This document shows positions 53,908 to 64,000 of a stretch of DNA of 64,000 bases, piece by piece. Position numbers and translations under genes: made by a program. Each line of letters starts with the position of its first letter. Within the stretch, counting starts at the first letter, position 1. Origin of the DNA: Calcarisporiella thermophila CBS 279.70 (taxonomy: Eukaryota > Fungi > Calcarisporiellomycota); contig NW_027192209.1 of assembly GCF_041956535.1 (NCBI RefSeq), positions 562,952-626,951 of the forward strand, read 5' to 3'. The notes under the pieces were generated by a model. That model was not told the origin of the DNA, made no database searches, and saw only the letters and a list, made by a program, of their open reading frames with translations.

Positions 53908-54777
53908 CTACAATTTTCCTTGCCCAGGATTTGGAAGAGCTTTAGTCAAACTTTGCTGAAGTAATTTAAGCAATTGAACTAACGGGCCTTGAGCTTGATT
54001 GTTCATATCTGTTTGCTGCATAGAAGGCATCTGGGTAGCCTGAGAGGATTGAGATGCACTCTGAGTAGCGGAAGCTTGAGAAGAGGATTGTGCTGGACCT
54101 GAAGACTGGGAAGCTTGAGTAGGAGCCCCAGATTGCGAGGAGGATTGAGTTTGTTGTCCCATTTGACCAGAAGATTGAGTAGCTTGAGCAGAAGCCCCAG
54201 ATTGCGAGGAGGCTTGAGTTTGTTGTCCCATTTGACCAGAAGATTGAGTAGCTTGAGCAGAAGCCCCAGATTGCGAGGAGGATTGAGTTTGTTGTCCCAT
54301 TTGACCAGAAGATTGAGTAGCTTGAGCAGAAGCTCCAGACTGCGAGGAGGATTGAGTTTGTTGTCCCATTTGACCAGAAGATTGAGTAGCTTGCGCAGAA
54401 GTTCCAGGCTGTGGCTGTGATGCAGATGAGGTTTGAGCAGAAGATTCAGTTGGACTAGTTGATGGAGATTGAGCGGCGGAACCTGCCTGGGCAAAAGGCA
54501 TTGCTTGATCGGAAGGAGAGGATTGAGGAGCAGACGAAGCCTGGCTGGGAGAGGACGCCTGGTTTTGAGACTGATTCTGGGGAGAAGATGATGGGCTTTG
54601 ACTAGAAGAAGCCTGTGAGGGAGATGCAGATTGAGAAGAAGAATCTGTCTGACTGGGGGACGAGGCCTGAGAGAGCCCTTGATTTAAAGGGGACCCAAAG
54701 AAAAATGGGGACGCGTCGGATAGAGTGTAGATGCAGAAAATAAAAACGAGATAAATTAAGCCAAAAGCGCACTTCAT
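53908..54777 (-). CDS. Secreted Ser/Gln-rich protein with 4 tandem 23-aa (69-bp) repeats
   Basis: Hydrophobic signal peptide (…TLSDA/SPFFFG); repeat SAQATQSSGQMGQQTQSSSQSGA at ~54110-54400; short amphipathic C-terminal helix; intronless. Confidence 0.85.
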   Translation of the reverse strand: MKCAFGLIYLVFIFCIYTLSDASPFFFGSPLNQGLSQASSPSQTDSSSQSASPSQASSSQSPSSSPQNQSQNQASSPSQASSAPQSSPSDQAMPFAQAGSAAQSPSTSPTESSAQTSSASQPQPGTSAQATQSSGQMGQQTQSSSQSGASAQATQSSGQMGQQTQSSSQSGASAQATQSSGQMGQQTQASSQSGASAQATQSSGQMGQQTQSSSQSGAPTQASQSSGPAQSSSQASATQSASQSSQATQMPSMQQTDMNNQAQGPLVQLLKLLQQSLTKALPNPGQGKL

Positions 54778-55962
54778 GTCGGTTATTCAAAGTTTATGTA
54801 TGTATGTATGTAATGTTTATACTACAAATACGCGCTAAAGGAATGTCCCCTTTAAATATTGATCTTGTATGGCAAATCCTACTCCCTCCTGATTCCTGCT
54901 TTAGTCTAGGCATTTTGTGATAATCGTTAAATCTCGAACTATTTTTTGATACAACCACACCAAAACCTCCAGGGATTCGAATTTCTATTATGTCAATCGC
55001 ATGTCGTAGCCGCCATTAAAAGTCCTCGAGATGATGTAGAATATCCAACCAAATACTAGTATATTCATTCAAGATAGTGATTTAAATCGATAACGTTTTT
55101 CAATAGTGAAAATAAATTCAAATTTCAATAATAGTTGTAATGTAATCAGCATTCTCAATATAGCCCTGTTTCTGGATTTCGGTTTGGAATACTTCCAAAT
55201 CAGGTAGAGGAGGCTTAAGAAAATCCTGGAATATCCCTGATTAAATTATGACATCGTTGAATTTCACCTACTTTGAATCAATGTTATCTACGTCAAACAT
55301 TTCATCCATACTTAATCTTTCCTCTCCAAGGAGCTACTGTAAATTCTTGCAAAAAAATATATCAAGAAGTATTCCTAACACACTCGCGTCCTTGAAAAAT
55401 GATTGATCTTCAATCGAGACCCATATTGAGGAAGTGAAGACCCTTCATTAGGACTGAAGAGGAAATGGATGCGGCGTTGAATTTAAACCAAGATCTGCTT
55501 TAGCTGGCATGAATTATTTAGCCACGACTTGAAAAGCTATGAGCAAAGTCATTTTGCGAATTTTCCATTGCATAGTTTGGATAACTTTCTCGATTAGAAT
55601 TTAGTAGATCTGACATCAAATATCATTTATATATTAATAAATTTTTCTACCAATATATACCTGGTAAAACTAACTTGTGAAAAATATCAATAAGTAGCAG
55701 TCGCTTTGATTGTGCTATGCTGATTAAAGAGAATATAGTGAATGAGGTATTATATTCATATAATTTTATCAGAAATTCGACGATGAACTAAATATATGAG
55801 CCATAATTCTACCAACTTCTTACTTAAAACTATTGGCACTCAAATATACAAGTGAAATTAAGAGCTAGTCTATCCTAACCATCCAGCAAAATTTGTAATA
55901 AAGTTATATATTAGAATATATTTGGGCTCATTTACATATACTCATATACACATAGATATTAT

Positions 55963-57257
55963 CTAGAATTTGCACTCCTGCATTAGGACTTTATCCATGC
56001 TTCCTTGCTTTATCCTCACGATACCCTCCTGCACTATACTCGCAACTAGGGTTCCATCCTGTCTGTAAATTCGGCCAAGTACATATCCACGAGCGTTTTT
56101 TAGCTTTACAGCCTCTAGCTCTAATAATAACCACTCATCTGCTCTAAATTCTTCGTGAAAATAAAGGGTGTGGTCTAGACTAGTAAGCATTGAGATGTGG
56201 GGATCTGTAACAAATGCTACCCCGAGCGGAAGACCTGCTGTAAAAAGGCATTCTTCATCTGAAGCAAATGCTAAAGCACAATGATGCTCTCTGGTGTCAT
56301 CCGTAAGTTTTTTTCGGGAGCGGAGCCAAAAATATCTATGAGATGCTTTAATTGGAGGAGTTATTAAACCCTCATCCGTGTTAGAGACAATGGCGCGGAA
56401 TTCAAAGGGCTTAATTTGCTAGAGTACAAAGAGAAATTTAGGTTTAATATACATATGAAGATACTTCTATAAAAGTGATACTCTACGTTTCTAAATCTAT
56501 CTTTAAGTAAATAACGATGAAACGGAGGACATTTAGCTTGTTCCGAGGTCAGTTTAAATCTCTCTTCTTCACTGCCATCAGATGAAAATGAATGTATCCA
56601 TTATTCCTTATGTTTTACATAGGAATGTATAAGAGAAATTATTTACCATATAAATGTGTCTGGAGAGGGAACTGATGGCATTGTGTGCTAAAAAATAAAA
56701 AAAAGCAAATAAATACATTATTTTAATTAAAAGCTTTCAATTGAATCGATTCATGATGAGTAAATATACTTGGTGATTGAACTCGCTCTTTTCTATCTTA
56801 GTAAAGCTACACATTAGTGTAAATACACTACGGCCATTTTGACGTGCATATACTACGCGAGCAGCATAAGTTTTCCCATCGCGTTCCCGATAAACTTCAT
56901 AGAGGATAGGAATCTCAGAAAGAGCCGGAAGTAGGAAATAGGCATGGAGGCTCTTTAAAGAAGAGTGAAAGCGTCAGTGAAAAATGCGAAAGTCAAAGTG
57001 AAAAGCTATTTACATGGGCCTTAAACTCTTTCGTCACAGTTTTATAGGCTGCATTTAGTGATTGAGCAACTATTTGACCACCTGAGGCATCCCGTAATGA
57101 TAAGAATTCTAAAACCTAATATTTCATATTCTATTTTACCAAAAACTCCCGGTCGAAGTACTTGTGGGTGCGACAAAAGATTTCGGCTTTGGAAGAGATT
57201 TTCGCCAGCTTCTTCCAAGTCTATAATATCTAAAATATTCAGCTCTTCAATTTTCAT
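55963..57257 (-). CDS. TES1: Acyl-CoA thioesterase II (Tes1/TesB/ACOT8), multi-exon
   Basis: GVFG|GQIVAQ, SLHAYFL, IPILYEVYRERDGKTYAAR, HHCALAFASD, TSLDHTLYFH..FRADEWLL, GRIYRQDGTLVASIVQEG; C-terminal CKF (PTS1-like). Confidence 0.9.
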
Positions 57258-57899
57258 TAAATTTTTTCGAAGAAACGTTAATTCTGTCAATAGTATAAAA
57301 AAAGTATAGTAATAGTTTATTTAGTTCTATTCCGATATTTATGTTTTATTTATATGAAATACGTTGATAGACTCCGGTAAAAAGTGTATATTAGGCAAAT
57401 GTGGTTTCGGAAAATTATAATTTCAAAAACTACGGCTCTCGTTATTCGAAAAATAATCACTAATTTAATTCCGAAGGCTATTTAATGTCGTCATTGCATA
57501 TCAAAAATTTACCATTTCTAATATTCAAATAGTCCACAAACTTTGTTAACAAATACACGTTTCACGATGTTGAGGCCGATAACACGCGTCGAAATCTCCC
57601 CTCCCTCCCAGGAACCTAAGTGCTTTTCAGGCAAATCACAGTTTAGAGGTAAGGAACCTATTGTTCGATATATCTGGGTAGATAAACCAAATAAAGCACA
57701 CTAAAACCTACCTAATAATAAATCCAAGCATCCAAGCTCTAGCTTATGGGGAAAAAGGGGTTTAGTTCCTCATTGACGAGGATAGGCTACCAGATGACCC
57801 GATCAAATTAAATTGCTAAGAGAGCGCTCACGTCCGAGAAGAAAATGAGCGCCCAGTAGGGAAACTGAGTAGCAGGAAGTCTTCCTAAAGAAAGCACAC

Positions 57900-58750
57900 G
57901 AGATTCACTACGCACGCGAAACATTATTCCAAAAAAAAAGACTCGGAGAAGGCGGGTGGAACGAATCAGCTCTCCCATTTCGATTGGTAGGAAGAAGTAA
58001 GAGCTCTCCGACAGATCAGGTATTACATAGGGGGATGACTGCTAAGGTTCAAAAACGAGTGGCGCGATATATATATTCCCCAAGGTGAATACGAGATAAT
58101 ATAAAGCGATTATTAGATAGAATTCATGCTTCTCTGAGACAATTTCGCATATGTATCCCAAGACAAATACCTATGGATCCCGAAGAGCATTGACCGAAGA
58201 GATAAGCTTTTTAATAGAAAAAGGAGTGATAGAACGATTTAAATTACATCAGATTTTCCCGGTGTTGTATAAAACCACTTTGTAATTCCAAAACGGTCTG
58301 AGCAGTTGAAACCAGTCGTAGACCTTCGACAGTTAGATCTATCGGCGAAAAGTTCTATATGAAGATCCTTCAGTCGACTATATTGATTCAGAGAATCGCC
58401 CCATTCAGCCATCCAAGGGAAATATTTTGAATAGCTAGAGTGGCGGGCAGAAAAACTCAAAAAGCAGAGCAGGAATTCGTTTCTTTCTCTGGCACCATCT
58501 GAGACCACTACAATTGATGTGTCGGACAGTGGATGGGGCGCAATATTCGTATCACTTATCATAGGAGGTCCGTGATCAGAAACAGAGAGCCAATATCACA
58601 TCAACTGCAAGGAGCTCAAGGCAATATAGCTGTGTTTACGCCCCTTTCCAGCCCTCAAAAACACTACTCTCTTGATTCGGACCGAAAAAAATACAGCACT
58701 TCCAAAAATACATGAACAAGGTCATGGGGAAGAGGCCTCCCCATGCAACC
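57900..58750 (+). mobile_element. Highly decayed DIRS-like RT/RNase H relic (limits approximate)
   Basis: Fragments FVIPKRSEQLKPVVDLRQL (RT), IDVSDSGWG and HINCKELKAI (DIRS RNase H motifs), in broken frames. Confidence 0.7.
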
Positions 58751-60469
58751 TCATTTTGACGTGTTTTTAGTTTGGTTTTCTTAGATCGATAAGCCCTAAA
58801 GGTTCCTGGGAGGAAGTTCTACGCATATTATTCACGGGTGGAAACTTAGGAGTATTGCATTCTGCAACTCCTTTTCTGAATCTCTCTGACTCCCTTTGCA
58901 ATATTTCAAGGGGGGAATCCATTTAAACGGAAGTAACCAGCTCAGAACGGCCAAGGAGACATCTTCGAGAGACCCTATTTATAGCTGAAATCAAATTCTA
59001 ATTAACGTATTTTTCTATAATATAGAAAAATAAATATTATTTATTTTTATTTCTTTGTGTCAGCTCATTTTATCTAATAAATTGGCCACGTTATCATGGA
59101 ACTTGGATTTTGTCGGCAATCCACGGTCTATACTTATTTAAACCTAGCGTACTTAACGGCTTACGGGAAATGAACAATACTTTATCTTGAAAGCGTTCTT
59201 CTAGCTTGTTAAACATCCATTCAACGAAAGCATTTATTTTTTCAACTTTATATTTTATTTTCTTTGAGCCAGTTCTTTATATTCAATAAATCGGTCTCTC
59301 CTTCATGGTGAAGTGTGGACTGACAAAGTCCACAGTCAATTTGGATTATTGTCGACGTGTTGTAAATGAATTGACCAGCACAATAGCTTCTGCTTTGGTC
59401 ACGGCAACCCAACAAAGAGTAATGTGGTCGGTAATAAATTGAAGCTTAACACTATAAAGATAAAACTAAAGTATGATTAAAGATTTTACTACGAATAAAC
59501 ACATTAAATAAGAGAAATAATAAATCCTCCAATGCGACATTGGTTTTTCAGAAAGAATAGCTAAGCACTTGAAAAAGATACACATGGACCTAAGAATAAA
59601 GCATTTAGAAACAAAAATTGGCGCATTCTGCGTTCAATGTGTTTTGAGTGAAATCGGATTGTGTCGGAGAGTTGATCAGAAACGGTATCGGTACAATCGG
59701 TTGATTTCTACCCTAGTTATAACTCTATAATACCCTTGAGGAAAACCAATTAGGACACTGGAAACTACATGAAAGAAAAATTTAACCAAAATTTGGTTGA
59801 AACTAAAAAGATTGAAGTAATAATCTCTAAGTCAGCCAGTAAATATTAAATTTAAGTTATGAAAACATGAGTTCTAATTGCGATCACGTATTTAATATTT
59901 GACAATGAAACGAAAGAATTCGCATTTATTCCTATTAATAGTTGTTTACATAGACTGGTTAATAAAATAGACTCTAGACGCATTGCCGCTTTTTTTTTTC
60001 TAATGAGTTTATGTCTAGCTATGATCCAATTATAAATAATTGTTGCTGATCACTCGCGCTGATTTTTGATTATCTTTCAAATATTCCCATAAGACAGTAT
60101 GAATTATTATGAGTTAATTTGTTCTGGTGAAATAAACTCTATGGCAATGTTACTAAAATTAAGTAATCAATTGATATCTACCATGTATAACTAATATAAA
60201 TTATACATATTAAACCACAATAAAATTATTGTATAAAGCATTAAATTAATATACGCGGGTTCTTTAAAATTATTGTAGAGCAATGTTTATTTCTTCACAA
60301 AAGCAGCCAGGGTTAACTTAGGCGTATATATAAGTCAGCTTAGGCACAAATAAAATGAATACAAGTGAAAAATATGTGGCAAAACTGGAAAGCTCGGTAA
60401 CAAGGGTAAAAGAAAATAATAAGATGCGAAAGAAGAATGGCGCATGAGAGAAGAGTGAAATTGTATTAC

Positions 60470-60488
60470 TATAAAAACATTATAAATA
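60470..60488 (+). promoter_or_regulatory. Candidate TATA boxes upstream of the repeat-peptide precursor
   Basis: tataaaa and tataaata ~50-65 nt before ATG 60537 (AT-rich background lowers specificity). Confidence 0.4.
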
Positions 60489-60536
60489 ACCCCAATTGTA
60501 GTGGACGAGAGCACTATCTGTTACCAAAACAACATT

Positions 60537-62232
60537 ATGAAGGGAATTAAAAGCGCCTTTATCTTTCTTCTTATTTCCGCTCTATGTCTTAGTCAGACGA
60601 GTGCATTACCTGCACCAAAATATGAGGAGCCTGCCAAAAGAGACATCAAGGGCATGTTGCAAAACTTTAGACAGTTCCAGGAGATGCTATCGAATGCTAT
60701 GACATTAGGCAACATGTTTATGGAGCAGGCCATTAAAGAAGAAAAAGCAGGACAAGCTCAAGGTGCGCCAGTCCAGAGTCAGGGAACGAAGCCGCCAGCT
60801 AAAAGAGACATCAAGGGCATGTTGCAAAACTTCAGGCAATTTCAAGAGTTTTTATCGAATGCTATGACGTTAGGCAATATGATGATGAGTGAGGCCATCA
60901 AAGAAGAAAAAGAAAAACAAGCGTCAGGTGCGCCAGTCCAGAGCCAGGGAAAGAAGCCGCCAGCTAAAAGAGACATCAAGGNNNNNNNNNNNNNNNNNNN
61001 NNNNNNNNNNNNNNNNNNNNNNNNNNNNNNNNNNNNNNNNNNNNNNNNNNNNNNNNNNNNNNNNNNNNNNNNNNNNNNNNNNNNNNNNNNNNNNNNNNNN
61101 NNNNNNNNNNNNNNNNNNNNNNNNNNNNNNNNNNNNNNNNNNNNNNNNNNNNNNNNNNNNNNNNNNNNNNNNNNNNNNNNNNNNNNNNNNNNNNNNNNNN
61201 NNNNNNNNNNNNNNNNNNNNNNNNNNNNNNNNNNNNNNNNNNNNNNNNNNNNNNNNNNNNNNNNNNNNNNNNNNNNNNNNNNNNNNNNNNNNNNNNNNNN
61301 NNNNNNNNNNNNNNNNNNNNNNNNNNNNNNNNNNNNNNNNNNNNNNNNNNNNNNNNNNNNNNNNNNNNNNNNNNNNNNNNNNNNNNNNNNNNNNNNNNNN
61401 NNNNNNNNNNNNNNNNNNNNNNNNNNNNNNNNNNNNNNNNNNNNNNNNNNNNNNNNNNNNNNNNNNNNNNNNNNNNNNNNNNNNNNNNNNNNNNNNNNNN
61501 NNNNNNNNNNNNNNNNNNNNNNNNNNNNNNNNNNNNNNNNNNNNNNNNNNNNNNNNNNNNNNNNNNNNNNNNNNNNNNNNNNNNNNNNNNNNNNNNNNNN
61601 NNNNNNNNNNNNNNNNNNNNNNNNNNNNNNNNNNNNNNNNNNNNNNNNNNNNNNNNNNNNNNNNNNNNNNNNNNNNNNNNNNNNNNNNNNNNNNNNNNNN
61701 NNNNNNNNNNNNNNNNNNNNNNNNNNNNNNNNNNNNNNNNNNNNNNNNNNNNNNNNNNNNNNNNNNNNNNNNNNNNNNNNNNNNNNNNNNNNNNNNNNNN
61801 NNNNNNNNNNNNNNNNNNNNNNNNNNNNNNNNNTAAAGAGAAAAAGCAGGACAAGCTCAAGGTGCGCCAGTCCAGAGTCAGGGAACGAAGCCGCCAGCTA
61901 AAAGAGACATCAAGGGCATGTTGCAAAACTTTAGACAGTTCCAGGAGATGCTATCGAATGCTATGACATTAGGCAATATGATGATGAGCGAGGCCATCAA
62001 AGAAGAAAAAGCAGGACAAGCCCAAGGTGCGCCAGTCCAGAGTCAGGGAAAGAAGCCGCCAGCTAAAAGAGACACCAAGGCCATGTTGCAAAACTTTAGG
62101 CAATTCCAGGAGATGCTATCGAATGCTATGACGTTAGGCAACATGTTTATGGAGCAGGCCATCAAAGAAGAAAAAGCAGGACAAGCTCAAGGTGCACCTG
62201 TCCAAGGACAGAGCGCGAAACCACCTGCTTGA
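60537..62232 (+). CDS. Kex2-processed repeat protein (KEP): secreted polypeptide precursor with ~9-10 x 55-aa units; spans an assembly gap
   Basis: Signal peptide MKGIKSAFIFLLISALCLSQTSA, pro-piece LPAPKYEEPAKR, then 165-bp units starting at 60642, 60807, 60972 ... 61906, 62071. Each full unit ends PPAKR; the last ends KPPA*. Confidence 0.88.
60982..61833. other. Assembly gap (N run) inside the tandem repeat
   Basis: Run of n; the same repeat flanks both sides. Confidence 0.99.
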
Positions 62233-64000
62233 TTGAACGAAATAATGTGAATATGTCAAGCGAATCTCTAATGAAAGAAAATGTTTCAGCAATATAACAA
62301 TTATATATTGTATAAAGGTTTTATATTGTAAATTCTAGCAATTTATATACAATAGTTTTTTTTTTTTAAAAAAAAAATCTAATTGATTTTAGATGGAATT
62401 TGGCAGTGGTCCTAAAAAAAGTCACTACATAAAGTGTTCCTTTTTTTTTAACAAAGGACCTTTATTGAAAAGTATTCTATCCTGTTAAAAAGGTAGAGTA
62501 GCTTCTACGTCAAATCACCCAGGCAATGCTCCTGGTCTACCTTGCAGAATCTGGAAGCTAGAAGGAAAAACTAAGAAAGAGATAAAGAAAAAGATATAAG
62601 TGTAAGTGGAAGAGAGAAAAGGTGATGAGGAAAGAGCTAGGAAAGTATGGAAACAGAAATTAGCTTAATAAAGAAGGGGAAAGGAAAAAAATGTGAGAGA
62701 TAGAAATAAAAAGTTGTGTGCAACGGTATTAAGATAGGTTGCTTATGTACATGAAATAGTGAAGAGAAGGGAAAGATTGAAAAGGTAAGGGAAAGATTGA
62801 AAAGGTAAAGGAAAGAAGATAAAAAAAAGGAAAGATATGGAAAACGATAGAGGGAGTGGTATTAATATACAGCGGTGAAGGGTTGTGTGCAGTTCTCAGG
62901 CCGGATTTGGGACTGGGATTTTGTTGGATCTTATTAAGAGTATATTAATAAAAGGAAAGAAGATAGATAGAAGGGATAACACAAAAATAACACACACTAC
63001 AGAGAATTCAAAAGAGAGAAAGCACATCCTATATATATGATAGAATGGGAGATGATGACTAATAATGATGATAAGATACTTGCTTATACATATTTGTATA
63101 AGTATGAAATAACCATCGTAACCCAACAACTATTCAGACTTAGATCATGCCTGGTCGTTCTCCAACAGATTTGATCTTCAGAGGTGTCCTGGGTGAAAAT
63201 CACAGAATCATACATAAAGTATTCCTAACCAACCTAACACTTTTGCAAACTCGTTTTATAGCAAACATTGACCTCTTTTAATATAATATTAATTTATCTT
63301 ATATAAGGTTTGTTTTCTTTTATATAATTCTTGTTTATGCGCTATTTCAATATTACATTTGCATCTGTATGTTTATTCTTTCGAGTATTCCGCTTGATAA
63401 TTTTCAATTTCTGTTTTGTTGTTCCTCAACTTTCCCATTTTTTAGTATGGATATTATTATCTACCTGCTGAACCGTTACATTTCCGTTCATAGAGCAGAG
63501 TATGGAATCCGCTTAAGGACTGGGATTCAACATAAGAGGCTATCTGGTGAAGAATTTACTATATTGAAATTCTATTCATAGCTTACATATATTTTTCAGG
63601 ATTGCCATGTGTTTAGTGATTTTTTATATCATAGATTCACAGCACAATATATGTGAAGCCATTGTATTATCTTTTCCAATTTTTTTTTTCTATATTTTTC
63701 ATTTCAAAGCAAAAACACAAAGTTTATCAGGGTAATTATTTTATAGTTCAGTTAGGATATTTGATTAAACAAAATAAAAAGGCAATTGTTACATATCTGC
63801 TTGAGTAAAGGAGATAATTTTTTAATCTACTGTATTTATATGACTATCCTTAACAAAAACATTATATTTTTCAACTAAATTTAAAGATCTAAAAATCTGC
63901 AATAGTGCAATTCATTGTTTCCACGCAGGCAAACACCGAATTATAAGACAGCGTATAGGTTCTGAAACGTAGTCTGAAAAATGTAGCATGAGATGTAGAT

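Noticed and set aside
60642-62232. Regular 165-bp repeats as a CRISPR array or satellite
   Set aside because: No unique spacers; the units are in-frame coding behind a signal peptide
60537-62232. KEP as a dikaritin/ustiloxin-type RiPP cluster or alpha-pheromone
   Set aside because: No DUF3328, tyrosinase or other tailoring gene adjacent in this window; cores lack Tyr/Trp and are far longer than pheromones. Sequence beyond 64000 is unseen.
62560-63130. Purine-rich stretch with a short tandem duplication (gggaaagattgaaaaggtaa x2), possibly a TE terminus
   Set aside because: No partner repeat or coding remnant in the window to support a call

Overview
Eukaryotic, intron-rich fungal DNA. Gene content and a DIRS-type retroelement fit an early-diverging, zygomycete-grade fungus; this is an inference and the species cannot be named from the sequence. 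The left ~47 kb holds mostly conserved genes: a partial P450, SLA2, a Pcl6/7-type cyclin, a Whi5/Nrm1-like repressor, an FGGY kinase, leucine aminopeptidase, VMA2, NEDD8/RUB1, a Reg1-like DUF1752 protein, an alpha/beta hydrolase, NPC2, a membrane M28 peptidase, a KTR mannosyltransferase, an aldo-keto reductase with one internal stop, an EamA transporter and SHPRH/IRC20. It also holds a secreted, intron-containing sphingomyelinase C of the bacterial (Bacillus/Staphylococcus/Streptomyces) type. The right ~17 kb is increasingly AT-rich. It carries a P450 whose 5' end is duplicated around a decayed DIRS retrotransposon, a secreted Ser/Gln tandem-repeat protein, TES1 and a second DIRS relic. The best candidate for an undescribed system is a secreted polyprotein (60537-62232, spanning an N gap) built of about 9-10 near-identical 55-aa units separated by Kex2 KR sites. 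It would release Met-rich amphipathic helical peptides. Exon boundaries were read by eye and are approximate.
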